Below the pieces are notes generated by a model that was not told the origin of the DNA, did no database searches, and saw only the letters and a list, made by a program, of their open reading frames with translations. From Candidatus Poribacteria bacterium (GTDB lineage Bacteria; Poribacteria; WGA-4E; UBA9662), in contig JAYGDX010000306.1 in the NCBI GenBank assembly GCA_046582655.1, positions 1 through 49,117 on the forward strand: DNA of 49,117 nucleotides, read 5' to 3'. Position 1 is the first letter of the stretch, and every line of letters begins with the position of its first letter. Both the position numbers and the translations under genes were made by a program. Shown one piece after another: positions 10,801 to 20,099 of the stretch.

Positions 10801-12127
10801 ACCGGCCGCCAACCTCAACATCGGCCTTTTTTTCATAATTGAAAAGAGTGCGAGTGAGACGGTATGTTCGTTCCCCCACCAGCATCTCACCCGTTTCAGA
10901 AATATCTTCAAGTTTTTCAGCCAGTTCGACAGGTTCCCCAATAACAGTATAGTCCATTTTTTTCGTATCATCTGTACTGATGTTACCGATTGAAATCCTA
11001 CCGGTATTTACCCCAATGTGCACATTTAGTGGGGGCATATCCATTTCAACAGCCATCCGATCACTAAAGCGCTTAATTTCGTCCATCATTTCTAATCCAG
11101 CTTGAACTGCTCGTTCTGGATCGTTTTCATGGACAATCGGCGCACCAAAAATGGCAACCAATGCGTCACCGATTATGCGATCAATAATACCTTCATATTT
11201 GTAAACAATCTCGCCCAAATCATGATGGCATTTGTCCATCAGTAGTGCCATCTTACTTGGATCATCTTTAAACTTTTCTGACAAGGCAGTGAATCCACTA
11301 AGGTCGGAGAAAAGTATGGTAACAATCTTTCGCTCTCCTTGAACGGTTGATCGTGCTGCGTCAATTTTGTCACGTAAATGGGGAGGAATCGATGCTTGTA
11401 GCCTTTTCTGCCTCTCTTCTTCAGATTCTTTGACTGTCGTAATTCTTGCTGTTTTAGGTTTCTTATCTACTACGGAAAAGATGGGAACTGGTTCAGCAAT
11501 GCCTTTAAAGCTTTCTGCTGGAAGAGATTGATAGACAAAGAAGTCTTTTGTTAGATGATATACAGACGGGCTGACAACAACCTGTCTTGATGCTGCTTTG
11601 GTCTTAATACGAGCTGCCAAATTGACGGTAGGTCCAAGCACGGTTGTATCTGTATATTGATCGGTTCCAATTCCGCCCACCCAAGCAATGCCGCTATTAA
11701 TACCAACATGGATGTCAACGCCTGAAAACTTGCTAGTAACCTTGACCATATCCATTGCCGCCAAAACCGCACAAGCGGGATCATCTTTATTAGTAACCTG
11801 TGTTCCGAAAGTTGCCATAAAAAAGCCGCCTTGAATTTTATCGGTTGTACCGCCATATTTAGCAATAATGTTATCTAACTCAAGATCAAGTTGTTGTTTT
11901 ACAATGGATATTTCTTCGATCATATCCATGTTGGCATTGGAATCAGCTTCAAACCCCTCAATCGCAGCAAAAATGACACTAATTGGTTTCTCAACACCGA
12001 AGCCGCCTTCTTTTTTTCGACGGTTTTCGGAATTCTTCAGTGTTCGCTCTATTAATTCGCTGCTATCAGATTTTTGTGTAATAGAGTTGTCAAGTGAACT
12101 TGTCTCTTCGAGTTCTTCGGTCATCAC
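7859..12127 (-). CDS. Tandem class III adenylate cyclase - STAND P-loop ATPase - TPR protein
   Basis: Two cyclase domains (HVGINSG..TVLGPTVNLAARI; ILFSDLSGFT..GDAL..HIGVNTG), Walker A GQAGLGKS, Walker B LVLEDLHW, GNPFY, ARIDRM, and a long C-terminal TPR array. Confidence 0.92.
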   Translation of the reverse strand: MMTEELEETSSLDNSITQKSDSSELIERTLKNSENRRKKEGGFGVEKPISVIFAAIEGFEADSNANMDMIEEISIVKQQLDLELDNIIAKYGGTTDKIQGGFFMATFGTQVTNKDDPACAVLAAMDMVKVTSKFSGVDIHVGINSGIAWVGGIGTDQYTDTTVLGPTVNLAARIKTKAASRQVVVSPSVYHLTKDFFVYQSLPAESFKGIAEPVPIFSVVDKKPKTARITTVKESEEERQKRLQASIPPHLRDKIDAARSTVQGERKIVTILFSDLSGFTALSEKFKDDPSKMALLMDKCHHDLGEIVYKYEGIIDRIIGDALVAIFGAPIVHENDPERAVQAGLEMMDEIKRFSDRMAVEMDMPPLNVHIGVNTGRISIGNISTDDTKKMDYTVIGEPVELAEKLEDISETGEMLVGERTYRLTRTLFNYEKKADVEVGGRLIPVYRALGKRKDPELKRGVSLLNKVFVSRGTEFKTSHDKSKLLWQNKGYFISLIGQAGLGKSRLKRELHSTLGGRVTWLEGSSFENTAQMAYSVFISVFTAYFDIQETDNDDEITEKLVYRIKNLFRESDQDLSDEIIPYIGSQLFALNFGGAYAEKVKYLDAEGRRQRTFAAIRDILIAESRRKPVTLVLEDLHWMDQVSLDLIFFLAGSIVNNPIFLLAVYRPERTEFCWHINDEGPNRIPNQYTSIELDPLSPQASRDLLEGLLTLINADSLKERIIENAGGNPFYMEEMLRLLIDNQVIQQIKLFEIDFDDQYQTQLDDGIMPEELLAGFGQNHVEFDSNFVVSTQETGQLWRISSGEQTYIARRLSEQIEVFQNQWITVKNVDEIDIPDSLEQMLRARIDRMSNDPKSILQRCAVIGRTVDYAILEQISEDAIDLDTSLGQLIALDMIGPQNSSSGQFEYVFEHIVMHNIAYSMIPVLTRRNLHTQIGDSMRLKHQDNPERVYEQLAHHYHQGNDESKALIHLAKAGRKAKQQYNHQVALKLYMQGLEHLGESNSDLLEEQIIIHEGLGDVYAIQGEFDVAIKHFEQAARITESVLGKAKIKRKIADVFEKRSEYETATEMLQQALENLRDQPDLVEEAKIYNALGWIHSQKGDYIRAIDATTHALKLVEGTTAYDIIASTNKNLGNHYFRRGDLEKTNLYFENGISQAERIGDKMLMAQLYNNLGLVANTTGKVDQALDNYQKSIELKKQIGDNVGLTNSYSNLGSLYSTMNNFDASLQCYQDALEIAQSSGLRESVANVENNIGNFHFRQGNNDQAIDHYLISLDIRKEIGNLPGLAEVYINLTGVNLKNGNLETAEKYSQKGLETAEEIGVPQAIAHAWNKVGMVQQHKKDWSEAIASFSKAAEIADKANMTLEIAEASRCTGEVLIEMGNEDQAKASLRKALEIYKQIKSTDNIELTQQLLSRQGKHLPD

Positions 12128-12597
12128 AATTCAGTGCGCTCCATACCTAACGTTTAACTAGTTTCGTTTATGCATGCGTATTGTTAACGATATAATAGTG
12201 GCAGTAATGCTTATTTATCTGATCCTGGTTTCTCAATTTTCACATTTGCTTAATTGGATTGAGCGTGTTTTAGTGATTATCAGCCATTGTTGCACTAGTC
12301 TATTTTGCTATCTGGTTAGTGTCATTGACATGATTGCTATACGAAAGTCATGGGATTATTGTTCAGATAAGGTATCTATTGAAATCTAGTCCCAAACTAA
12401 TATTCCGTTCAAAGATTGGTGGGTTGCGGAATGTTATATGAACTGTCATCTCTTGTTTGTCCAGAAATGTTTATATTACCTGAAGTATGAATTAACGAAT
12501 TTGTAATTTTAACTACATTGACCATGCTATTATCTCATTACGGTAGTCAAGTTTCAAGTTCAAGTCGTCAGCTTTACAAGGAGATAAACTGAGTTAG

Positions 12598-13290
12598 ATG
12601 TATATTAAAGATCTTCATTCATGGGCCATTACACCGGGTGAAGCCGCCCAAATTCAAAACCAACTCCGTTCCCAAATAATAGATGAAGATGACTTGGATG
12701 AGATTCAGTTTGTTGCCGGAATGGATATTGGATTCAAAGGCAATCTAGCACGTTCGTCAATTGTTGTTCTTCGTTATTCGGACCTGGAGCCAGTCGATTT
12801 GGCTGTGGCTGAGGCAACCGTCAGTTTTCCCTATGTACCCGGACTGTTGTCCTTTCGGGAAACGCCATTGTTGCTTGAAGCTGCTAAGAAGCTGAGGACT
12901 GAACCAGACCTGATCATTGCTGATGGACATGGACTAGCGCATCCGAGGCGTTTCGGCATAGCCTGCCATCTAGGGTTAATACTAGATAAACCAGCTATCG
13001 GTTGTGCAAAGTCTCGTCTTTGTGGTACTTACAACGAACCAGGCAATGGGAAAGGTGCGTCTGAACACATTCATGATAAGGGAGAAATCATTGGGGCCGT
13101 ACTTCGTAGCAGATCAAATGTTAATGTCGTGTATGTGTCAGTTGGACATCGTGTATCACTGAAAACAGCAATCGAATTGACGCTTTCCTGCTGCAACCAG
13201 TACAGAATTCCAGAAACAACCCGCTACGCACATAAAGTTGCTTCCGGTGAATCGGTTTCACTGGTTCAGCAAATGTCGATTTTTAACTAG
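12598..13290 (+). CDS. nfi: Endonuclease V (deoxyinosine 3' endonuclease)
   Basis: AGMDIG, FPYVPGLLSFRE, ADGHGLAHPRRFGIACHLG, IGCAKSRL, YVSVGH, RIPETTRYAH. Confidence 0.96.
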   Translation: MYIKDLHSWAITPGEAAQIQNQLRSQIIDEDDLDEIQFVAGMDIGFKGNLARSSIVVLRYSDLEPVDLAVAEATVSFPYVPGLLSFRETPLLLEAAKKLRTEPDLIIADGHGLAHPRRFGIACHLGLILDKPAIGCAKSRLCGTYNEPGNGKGASEHIHDKGEIIGAVLRSRSNVNVVYVSVGHRVSLKTAIELTLSCCNQYRIPETTRYAHKVASGESVSLVQQMSIFN

Positions 13291-14086
13291 TTTCTTGGCC
13301 TTCTAAAGTGACCCGTCCGGTGCGGTGCGGCGACTCGTAAACTGCCAATTCTTCGGGGGTCGGATCAGCAATTGGACATTTGCTTGGTCCTCCCCAAGAT
13401 AAGAACCCAGGTGAACACTTAAAAAGGATGGATCGGCGCATGCGATTTTCTGGTTTCCAAGGCAAGGTGCCATGGACTAAGGCTTCATTAAATATAATGA
13501 CGGCACCCGCCTTTGCTGAAATTTGCTTAACAGTGCCCAAATCATTTTTCGTTGACAGCATTTGACTAAGTGGACGATAGTTTGATTTGTGACTTCCCGG
13601 TATACAAGCAAATCCGCCATCGCCTTCTTGAACATCAGTAAGTTGCCATGATGCGACACAGAGCCCACATTGCATCTTCCCATGTTCAAATCGATGATAC
13701 TGGCTCGGATCAAAGGTCATACCGCCGTGTAGCCAATGGCCTTCTGTTCCTTGCTCCATCTGAATTAACCCAGGACCGTGATCCAAGCGAAAACCAGGAC
13801 CAAGTATTTCGTTAAAAATGTCAATGATTCGAGGGTGTGTTAGCATCCGGCGGAATGGATCACACCACGGCGGATCAAAAGTTAATGGATTTTGCCTAAA
13901 CTCACCACGTCCCTTTTCAGCTTTTAATTTTTCGGAATTGTGCGAGAGCCCAGGTTCACGGTTAACAATTAATTCAGTATGGCGGTCGGTTGCCTCGTTT
14001 GCTACAATGATTTCTTCCTGAGTCAGGATATCATCAATAACAACATATCCCCATAGATCAAATAAAAATTTTTCTAGATCTGTCAT
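13283..14086 (-). CDS. PhyH-like Fe(II)/2OG oxygenase with HxG motif
   Basis: FDLWGY, RLDHG, WLHGG, GFACIPGSHK, AGAVIIFNEALVHGT, RRSILF. Confidence 0.88.
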   Translation of the reverse strand: MTDLEKFLFDLWGYVVIDDILTQEEIIVANEATDRHTELIVNREPGLSHNSEKLKAEKGRGEFRQNPLTFDPPWCDPFRRMLTHPRIIDIFNEILGPGFRLDHGPGLIQMEQGTEGHWLHGGMTFDPSQYHRFEHGKMQCGLCVASWQLTDVQEGDGGFACIPGSHKSNYRPLSQMLSTKNDLGTVKQISAKAGAVIIFNEALVHGTLPWKPENRMRRSILFKCSPGFLSWGGPSKCPIADPTPEELAVYESPHRTGRVTLEGQETS

Positions 14087-14537
14087 ATTTGCCCTCCCTT
14101 GTGTTCTTTTTTACTACACAGTATGCGTATATTGAAAGATAATACTCATAAACGATCAATTTTTCTAGATATTTCTGATTTTCAACAATTGTAGTGTGTA
14201 GAGTTAGTGTAGGATTCCTATAAATTCTATCTATAGCTTATATTCCATATAACTTGATTGAATGGCTATAGCTAGCTAATGATACAAAAAGGTTAATAAA
14301 AATGGAAACAGGAAAGAAAAAATTGAAGTCATCAGAACTTTTCCACGGATCAGATTACTGATAGAAAATAACTGACTAATGAAGTTTAAGCAAATAATAT
14401 TTCGGATTTTGCCTTGCTTGTTTCGGTTCGTTTTTTTGTGCTTAGTAATTAATGGCGTTTTTTAAAAATAATTTTTGCTTTAAATTTACGATCTAGAATA
14501 ATATAATTCAACTTTGGTTTCAATAGATGAGGAAAGC

Positions 14538-15707
14538 ATGGTCCAACGCAAGAAGATCGCTGCAATAATCACTACCTTTTATCCTGCTTCTCACGCTGAC
14601 GTTATTATTACTAAGTTCGTTAATGGATTTCCTACAGATGAAGGATTATTACCTCCAAAGGTAGATATTGTTTCAATGTACATGGATCAGGTTCACCAGA
14701 ATGATATTGGTCTGGATTTAGCTGAAAAAAATAGTATCCCGGTTTATCCTAGCGTTCGTCAAGCACTTTGTTTGGGAGGCAGCGAACTGGCAGTAGATGG
14801 GGTATTATCCATTGGTGAACATGGAGACTACGCTTGGAATGAAAAAGAACAGCATTTGTATCCACGTCGTTATTTTTTCGAACAGATTGCTGGTGTAATA
14901 GCCACTTCTGGTCGGCCAGTACCTGTTTTTAATGATAAGCATTTGTCTTATAATTGGTATGATGCCAAGTGGATGTATGACCGTGCACAGAAACTGAATA
15001 TTCCTTTCATGGCAGGTTCATCCGTACCTTTATTCTGGCGAAATCCTTGGTTGGAACACAGTTTAGAAACCAATATAGAAGAAGCATTGGTTCTTAGCTA
15101 TGGCGGTTTGGACGCCTACGGTTACCATGCGTTTGAGGCTTTGCAAGCCATGGTGGAACGCCGTATCGGAGGCGAAACAGGTGTCGTAGCTGTCCAATGT
15201 TTGGAGGGCGAAGCAGTCTGGCAGGCAGGTAATGAAGGTCTCTGGTCACGCGATCTGGCGGAAGCTGCAACTCTAGTTGGAGAAACCAAGGAAGGAAATA
15301 TGGAAGAATTATGTGAAGAACCGATAGCTTTCCTGATTGAATATAAAGATGGATTGAAAGCTGCAGTCTTACACCTTAGAGGTTTTGCTAACGAGTGGAG
15401 TTATGCCAGCCGGGTTGATGGAGAGATTCAAGCTACAGGCATGCGGGGGTATGGTCCTCCTTATCCGCCTTTTAGTTACCTCGGTTTGAATATACAGGAG
15501 ATGTTTCTCACCGGAATACCACAATATCCGGTGGAACGCACCTTGCTAGTTAGTGGAGGGTTAGAAGCATTATTGGATTCACGTTATCGTGGTTATGTCC
15601 GGTTAGAAACGCCTCATTTGGATGTTGTTTATCAGGCTTATGAAAAAGCACCAATTCGATCAACTAACCCGTTTCCTTCCGGTGCCAGCAAAGGATTACA
15701 GGAATAG
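14538..15707 (+). CDS. Conserved hypothetical protein, probable Rossmann-like oxidoreductase
   Basis: KKIAAIITTFYPASHADVI, VDGVLSIGEHGDY, PVFNDKHLS, FMAGSS, YPVERTLL. Family recalled from Planctomycetes/Poribacteria; function unverified. Confidence 0.7.
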   Translation: MVQRKKIAAIITTFYPASHADVIITKFVNGFPTDEGLLPPKVDIVSMYMDQVHQNDIGLDLAEKNSIPVYPSVRQALCLGGSELAVDGVLSIGEHGDYAWNEKEQHLYPRRYFFEQIAGVIATSGRPVPVFNDKHLSYNWYDAKWMYDRAQKLNIPFMAGSSVPLFWRNPWLEHSLETNIEEALVLSYGGLDAYGYHAFEALQAMVERRIGGETGVVAVQCLEGEAVWQAGNEGLWSRDLAEAATLVGETKEGNMEELCEEPIAFLIEYKDGLKAAVLHLRGFANEWSYASRVDGEIQATGMRGYGPPYPPFSYLGLNIQEMFLTGIPQYPVERTLLVSGGLEALLDSRYRGYVRLETPHLDVVYQAYEKAPIRSTNPFPSGASKGLQE

Positions 15708-16128
15708 CAATCTACCACAATACATAATCCTAAAATAATGACAGAACCAAAACCAAGTAAGTTGAAGCTTAGAGGGGAGACGGATTGCTGTAGTAGGTGG
15801 TGATATAGTTGCCCAAGTTTATACAACCGACATCGAAAAATTGCTGCTAATTGCCGAAAGTTGGGTCACCCGATAATTAACTTGCTGAGGAATGAGGACG
15901 CTACGGTGCCTTGGGTTTGAGCTGATTACCGCTAATGGGTTGTGGATGTTCCTTAGAATGGCTAATCATCTCTCCTTAAATTAACATGAAAAGATTTCTC
16001 ATGCTACTGTTTCTTAGCTTTTTATTCTCAAACGCTTATTGGTGTCAGATTCATTTGACTAAACACTTTCATGGCTTTAGGTAAGAAATGCGTTGCTGAA
16101 CACATGTAACATTTATGAGGAAAATCCA

Positions 16129-17290
16129 ATGGGGGCTTTTGCTAATCCAAAGATAAAGACAGATTGTCTTGGTGATATCGACACACCAACAGTTGAGGAG
16201 TTGCAAAAAATGCATTGGAGCCAGTATATTCTTCATGCATGTAATGGTAAGTTAACATCAATTTCCGTGGAGAAGAATTGGCTGCCTCGTGATCCAGTAG
16301 TTAATCCTCAAGGTGTATGTGTTGCTCTTGGGCGGGACGATACCGTATACGTAATTTTGCCAACTATGATCTGCAAATCATCTGACGGTGGGCGGACTTG
16401 GAATTCATATCAATGTACTGACACGAATGGAGCGTTTGAAATCTTAAACGATGGGACGTTTATTAGGTTTTTTGGTGGGGATATCAATCAGCCGGTGATA
16501 GTACAGTCCTCTTCAGATGAAGGACGGACTTGGAAAGAAATTTCTCAGATTGAATTACCGAAAGATCATTCTGGCGGTGTCCATTGGGTATTATGTTGTC
16601 CGGATAATGTGTTGGTGTGTGCGGTTGCAGTAGCGGATCACGTCTTCGAATCCGTTGATAATAAATTGAAGTTACTATCCAGGAAAAGGATCTCTATGGA
16701 CATATCGTTCTATCGATGGAGGAAAGAGCTGGCACAATCCGGCAGACATCACTGATTGGGGTAGCGAGGGTGGAGTTACATTAACTGCATCTGGTAAATT
16801 GCTGGCGGTTGTCCGATATCAGCGACCGATTTTGCCTGAAGATCCACCTGATTTAGAAAAGCGAACAGGAAGTATATCTGCTGGTTGGCCATACAAGCAT
16901 GTCTTTTTAACCGATTCAACTGATCAAGGTTTAACTTGGAAGAATTTCCGCCAACTGACGACGGTTTTTGGTCAAACTCGCGGTTATCCTGCATCACTTA
17001 ACAATGGAATTATAGTGGTTATCCATGATACGCGATATGGTCCGGGATCTCCCGGTAGTCGTGCGATGGTTAGCTATGATGACGGGATAACTTGGTCGAA
17101 TGAGGTTTATTACATGGATTATACTACCTTCACAGGCAGTTACAATGAGAGCGTAGTCCTGAATGATGGCACAATCCTTACTGTTGCGGCGTCAAGTCAA
17201 GCGGGTAATTCATGGGAAGCAGTTGCTGGGAATACCGACTTAATCGCGATTCGGTGGAAGCCGGTAAACACAATTGATCTGCAAGGTTAA
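16129..17290 (+). pseudogene. Sialidase-like BNR/Asp-box propeller protein, one frameshift near 16680
   Basis: Asp boxes SSDGGRTW and SSDEGRTW, then in the +1 frame SIDGGKSW, STDQGLTW, SYDDGITW. The two ORFs join by removing one base near 16679-16681. Confidence 0.8.
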
Positions 17291-17593
17291 AAGAGGTAAG
17301 TATATTGCTATATCGTGTCAATTAAAGACTGAAATCGGAAGACCGTATTAGTATTCTTCCTAGGGAGTGTGTCGGTTAGGGGACTGGACAAAACGAATAC
17401 TTCTCAAGCATAGGCAAAAATATAATTGATGCCTCCATTAGCCCGACTCAGGAGAACCCAGATTTTTCAGTGATGGCAACAGGGTAAATTGCAAGCTGTA
17501 AGAGTTCGCTCTAACCTTAGTAGAATTGGCTATATCAATTGGTTTGATGTATTGATGTGTATGGTAAACTAAAGCTTGTACAGGAGGATGAAT

Positions 17594-18400
17594 ATGGCAG
17601 ACGTGAAACGAAATCTGGATTCCCGTGAATCCTTCAATAAGAGCGACATTCGTATTCTGAATGAATTAAGCCGCTCTAGACATGGAGATTGTTCTCTTTC
17701 CTTATCAGATCTAATTGACCGAGGTACATTCGACCTCGAACTAGCAGCTTGGTTGATGTCTCACGTTTCACGTGGATCTTCATTTATAATTGGTGCTGGC
17801 CCCGGTGGTGTGGGAAAGACTACGACCATGCGATCTTTACTTAGTCTGGTCCCCAGTAATCTCCCTTTTGGAATCGCATTACCAGAAAAGATCACAGGTG
17901 CATATACTTTTCCACATTGCGTCATATCACACGAACTCAGCGATCATCGTCCACCGGGTTATCTTTGGGGGCAGGATCTGCGTGAATTCTTCAACTTATC
18001 GGAGCAAGGTCACATGCTGGTTGGCAATATGCATGTCGATGATCTTGATGAAGCACACGCTCAAATATGCGAGAGCAACAGCGTTCCGCCGGTTCAATTT
18101 CGTGCCATCCATCTCTTCATCTTTCTACGTGTCGAGGGTGAAGACCTTTCCGCTCGACGTATCAACAACCCATCTGCCAGACGAGTTATCAATGAAATCT
18201 GCTATTCCAACGGGGTTGAAGCACACGAATTGGTATACACCTATGATAAGGGACTGTCCGACAATACGCCACGGGATGTGGATTACGAAGCGTCTTGCCG
18301 TGTGTTTCTGAAAGATACTTTGGCCAATATGTCATTAACAATTGAAGAGACACGAAACCGTTTTCTTGACTGGGAAGAGGCCCATAACAGCTCATCTTGA
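17594..18400 (+). CDS. Small P-loop ATPase related to VirB11/CpaF/FlaI secretion ATPases
   Basis: LSDLIDRGT, Walker A GPGGVGKTT, Walker-B-like CVISHE, His-box-like GHMLVGNMH. AGGAGG RBS at 17582-17587. Confidence 0.75.
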   Translation: MADVKRNLDSRESFNKSDIRILNELSRSRHGDCSLSLSDLIDRGTFDLELAAWLMSHVSRGSSFIIGAGPGGVGKTTTMRSLLSLVPSNLPFGIALPEKITGAYTFPHCVISHELSDHRPPGYLWGQDLREFFNLSEQGHMLVGNMHVDDLDEAHAQICESNSVPPVQFRAIHLFIFLRVEGEDLSARRINNPSARRVINEICYSNGVEAHELVYTYDKGLSDNTPRDVDYEASCRVFLKDTLANMSLTIEETRNRFLDWEEAHNSSS

Positions 18401-18429
18401 ATCTTAAATGGCAGTTAGAAAGTATGGTA

Positions 18430-18990
18430 AAGTCGGGTAAATTTTTTGTGAAACTGCATTCAGAGTGACCCTTCATGGCATTTTAATTTTGCTGCTGTAA
18501 GTGCTTTAACCCTTAATCCACCTAAATTGACTTTTTGAATTTTTATCGGTTCTTTATTGTCTTTCAAAGCAATGTCTGTCCGACAAATCTCCTGTCAACT
18601 GAATCGACAACGGTGTCCTATAACCGCTCTAGCTCCATCCATAGCAATTTCTTCAACGGAAGTACCATTAAGATTTGTCCGCTGAATCTTACCTGATGAT
18701 ACGCTGCCCGTCTGGTAAATTTTTCTAGCGTTTGTGTCGAGATTGATGATACGGGATGCTAATCAAATCCTGCTATTGTGATCAGGTTTTCCTCCTGTTA
18801 AATCGTTTAGATCCGCCCGCTGGATTTTTATGTTCCAGTATCAAAATTATAATCGCTACTTGGCTAGTAAGCTGTTCCTTGAGTTTCATCCGCACTGATG
18901 TCACGTAGCGAACAGTTGAATCCAATCGTTATAAAGTCTTCGATGTTTGTTCTGTCTAAGGTTAATCTTCTGAATCATCTCTTGCACTTG
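18430..18990 (-). pseudogene. Decayed LDL-receptor class B (YWTD) repeat gene
   Basis: Fragments INLDTNARKIYQTGSVSSGKIQRTNLNGTSVEEI, KIQRADLN and ICRTD..KIQKVNLGG, interrupted by stops and frameshifts. Confidence 0.7.
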
Positions 18991-19101
18991 AATGGAATGC
19001 AAAACAAAAGTATACCGTGGGAATACAATCTAAAGGGAGAACTCATTATCGTTTTAGGACAAGTTAGCAATCAGTAGTTTTACTAAATCAACACAAAATA
19101 T

Positions 19102-19310
19102 TTAACTGGGCAACATACGATAGCCGATACTAGTAAACGATCCCACAATTACCCAAACGCTGCCGATGAGGCTTTCATCCGGCACCATATCAAGAAGACA
19201 GGACGAAAGTGGCGATAGGGACCAATCTCGCCGTATTTCAGGATAATATATTTGAACAACCAACCCAGAAAAATCGATCCCCAAATTGTACTGGAAGCCC
19301 CGCTCAAATA
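19102..19310 (-). pseudogene. C-terminal remnant of a DUF6784/DUF6785 (OPT-like) membrane protein
   Basis: WGSIFLGWLFKYIILKYGEIGPYRHFRPVFL, then after a frameshift ESLIGSVWVIVGSFTSIGYRMLPS*. Confidence 0.7.
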
Positions 19311-19327
19311 AGTGGTTTCTGCTGAGC

Positions 19328-20062
19328 TTACCAAGTAGATTGTGTACTGAAATCCCATGTGCCATTACGAAACCGTGCGCGAGATGTCAAATTCCCCGGA
19401 ACCCCATTTGGTACCACTCTTCGGTTAAACTGGATACGGGGTTCATCGGTCGCATTCTTGGTTACGCAGTGGTAGGTTCGGGTATGTAGAAAAACAGCAG
19501 CATTGGCAGACGGAGTGAAGGCAACCTGATTCGGTAATGGCTCATAGGGATCTCCCGTTGGTAGATCTCCATAACGGTGACTGCCGGGCACGAATAGCAA
19601 CTGACCATGTTCAGGGGTGTAGTTCCGAGTAAAAACTATCCGGTTCAGGATGAAAAGGTTGGGGTCGCTGCTCCAAGAATCTTGATGCCAAGCCTGTCCA
19701 CAACCACGAGAGGTAACCCACGATCCAATGCTTCCAATGGCTGATCCCACGCCTGATAGTTTATCCGTAACTGTTTGCATAACTTCGTTTTCAAATAGCA
19801 CTAGTATGTCAGGATCTGACTCCAGATTACCGAAGATCTTGGTCCAGATATCAAATCGTTGGCAGTACTCTTCTCCCGCAGCCCAGGGACGTTCGTCCAA
19901 CTGGGTCAGAAGTCTGTTCGCTACCCGATCTGCCGCCGTCACCTGGTCACCGAAAAGCATGTCTTTCAACACTACTATCCCGTCTTGTTCAAAAGTACCA
20001 ACGATGGTGTCCAGATCCGTGTTTGCCCATACCATTGGTAATAACTGTGGCGTATTACTCAT
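19328..20062 (-). CDS. PhyH-like Fe(II)/2OG dioxygenase, canonical HxD
   Basis: FEQDGIVVL, WHQDS, FVPGSH, TYHC, PRIQFN. Confidence 0.88.
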   Translation of the reverse strand: MSNTPQLLPMVWANTDLDTIVGTFEQDGIVVLKDMLFGDQVTAADRVANRLLTQLDERPWAAGEEYCQRFDIWTKIFGNLESDPDILVLFENEVMQTVTDKLSGVGSAIGSIGSWVTSRGCGQAWHQDSWSSDPNLFILNRIVFTRNYTPEHGQLLFVPGSHRYGDLPTGDPYEPLPNQVAFTPSANAAVFLHTRTYHCVTKNATDEPRIQFNRRVVPNGVPGNLTSRARFRNGTWDFSTQSTW

Positions 20063-20099
20063 ATTTAGGTGTTCCTTTCTGCTGTGCTTAGTAGGTAGT

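Noticed and set aside
7859..13290. Cyclase plus nfi as a CBASS/Pycsar-like defence pair
   Set aside because: The genes are divergent, nfi is an ordinary repair enzyme, and there is no cyclic-nucleotide-sensing effector nearby.
15710..15980. Minus-strand AAGGAG-ATG start of a short ORF
   Set aside because: Stops after about 22 codons with no recognisable similarity.
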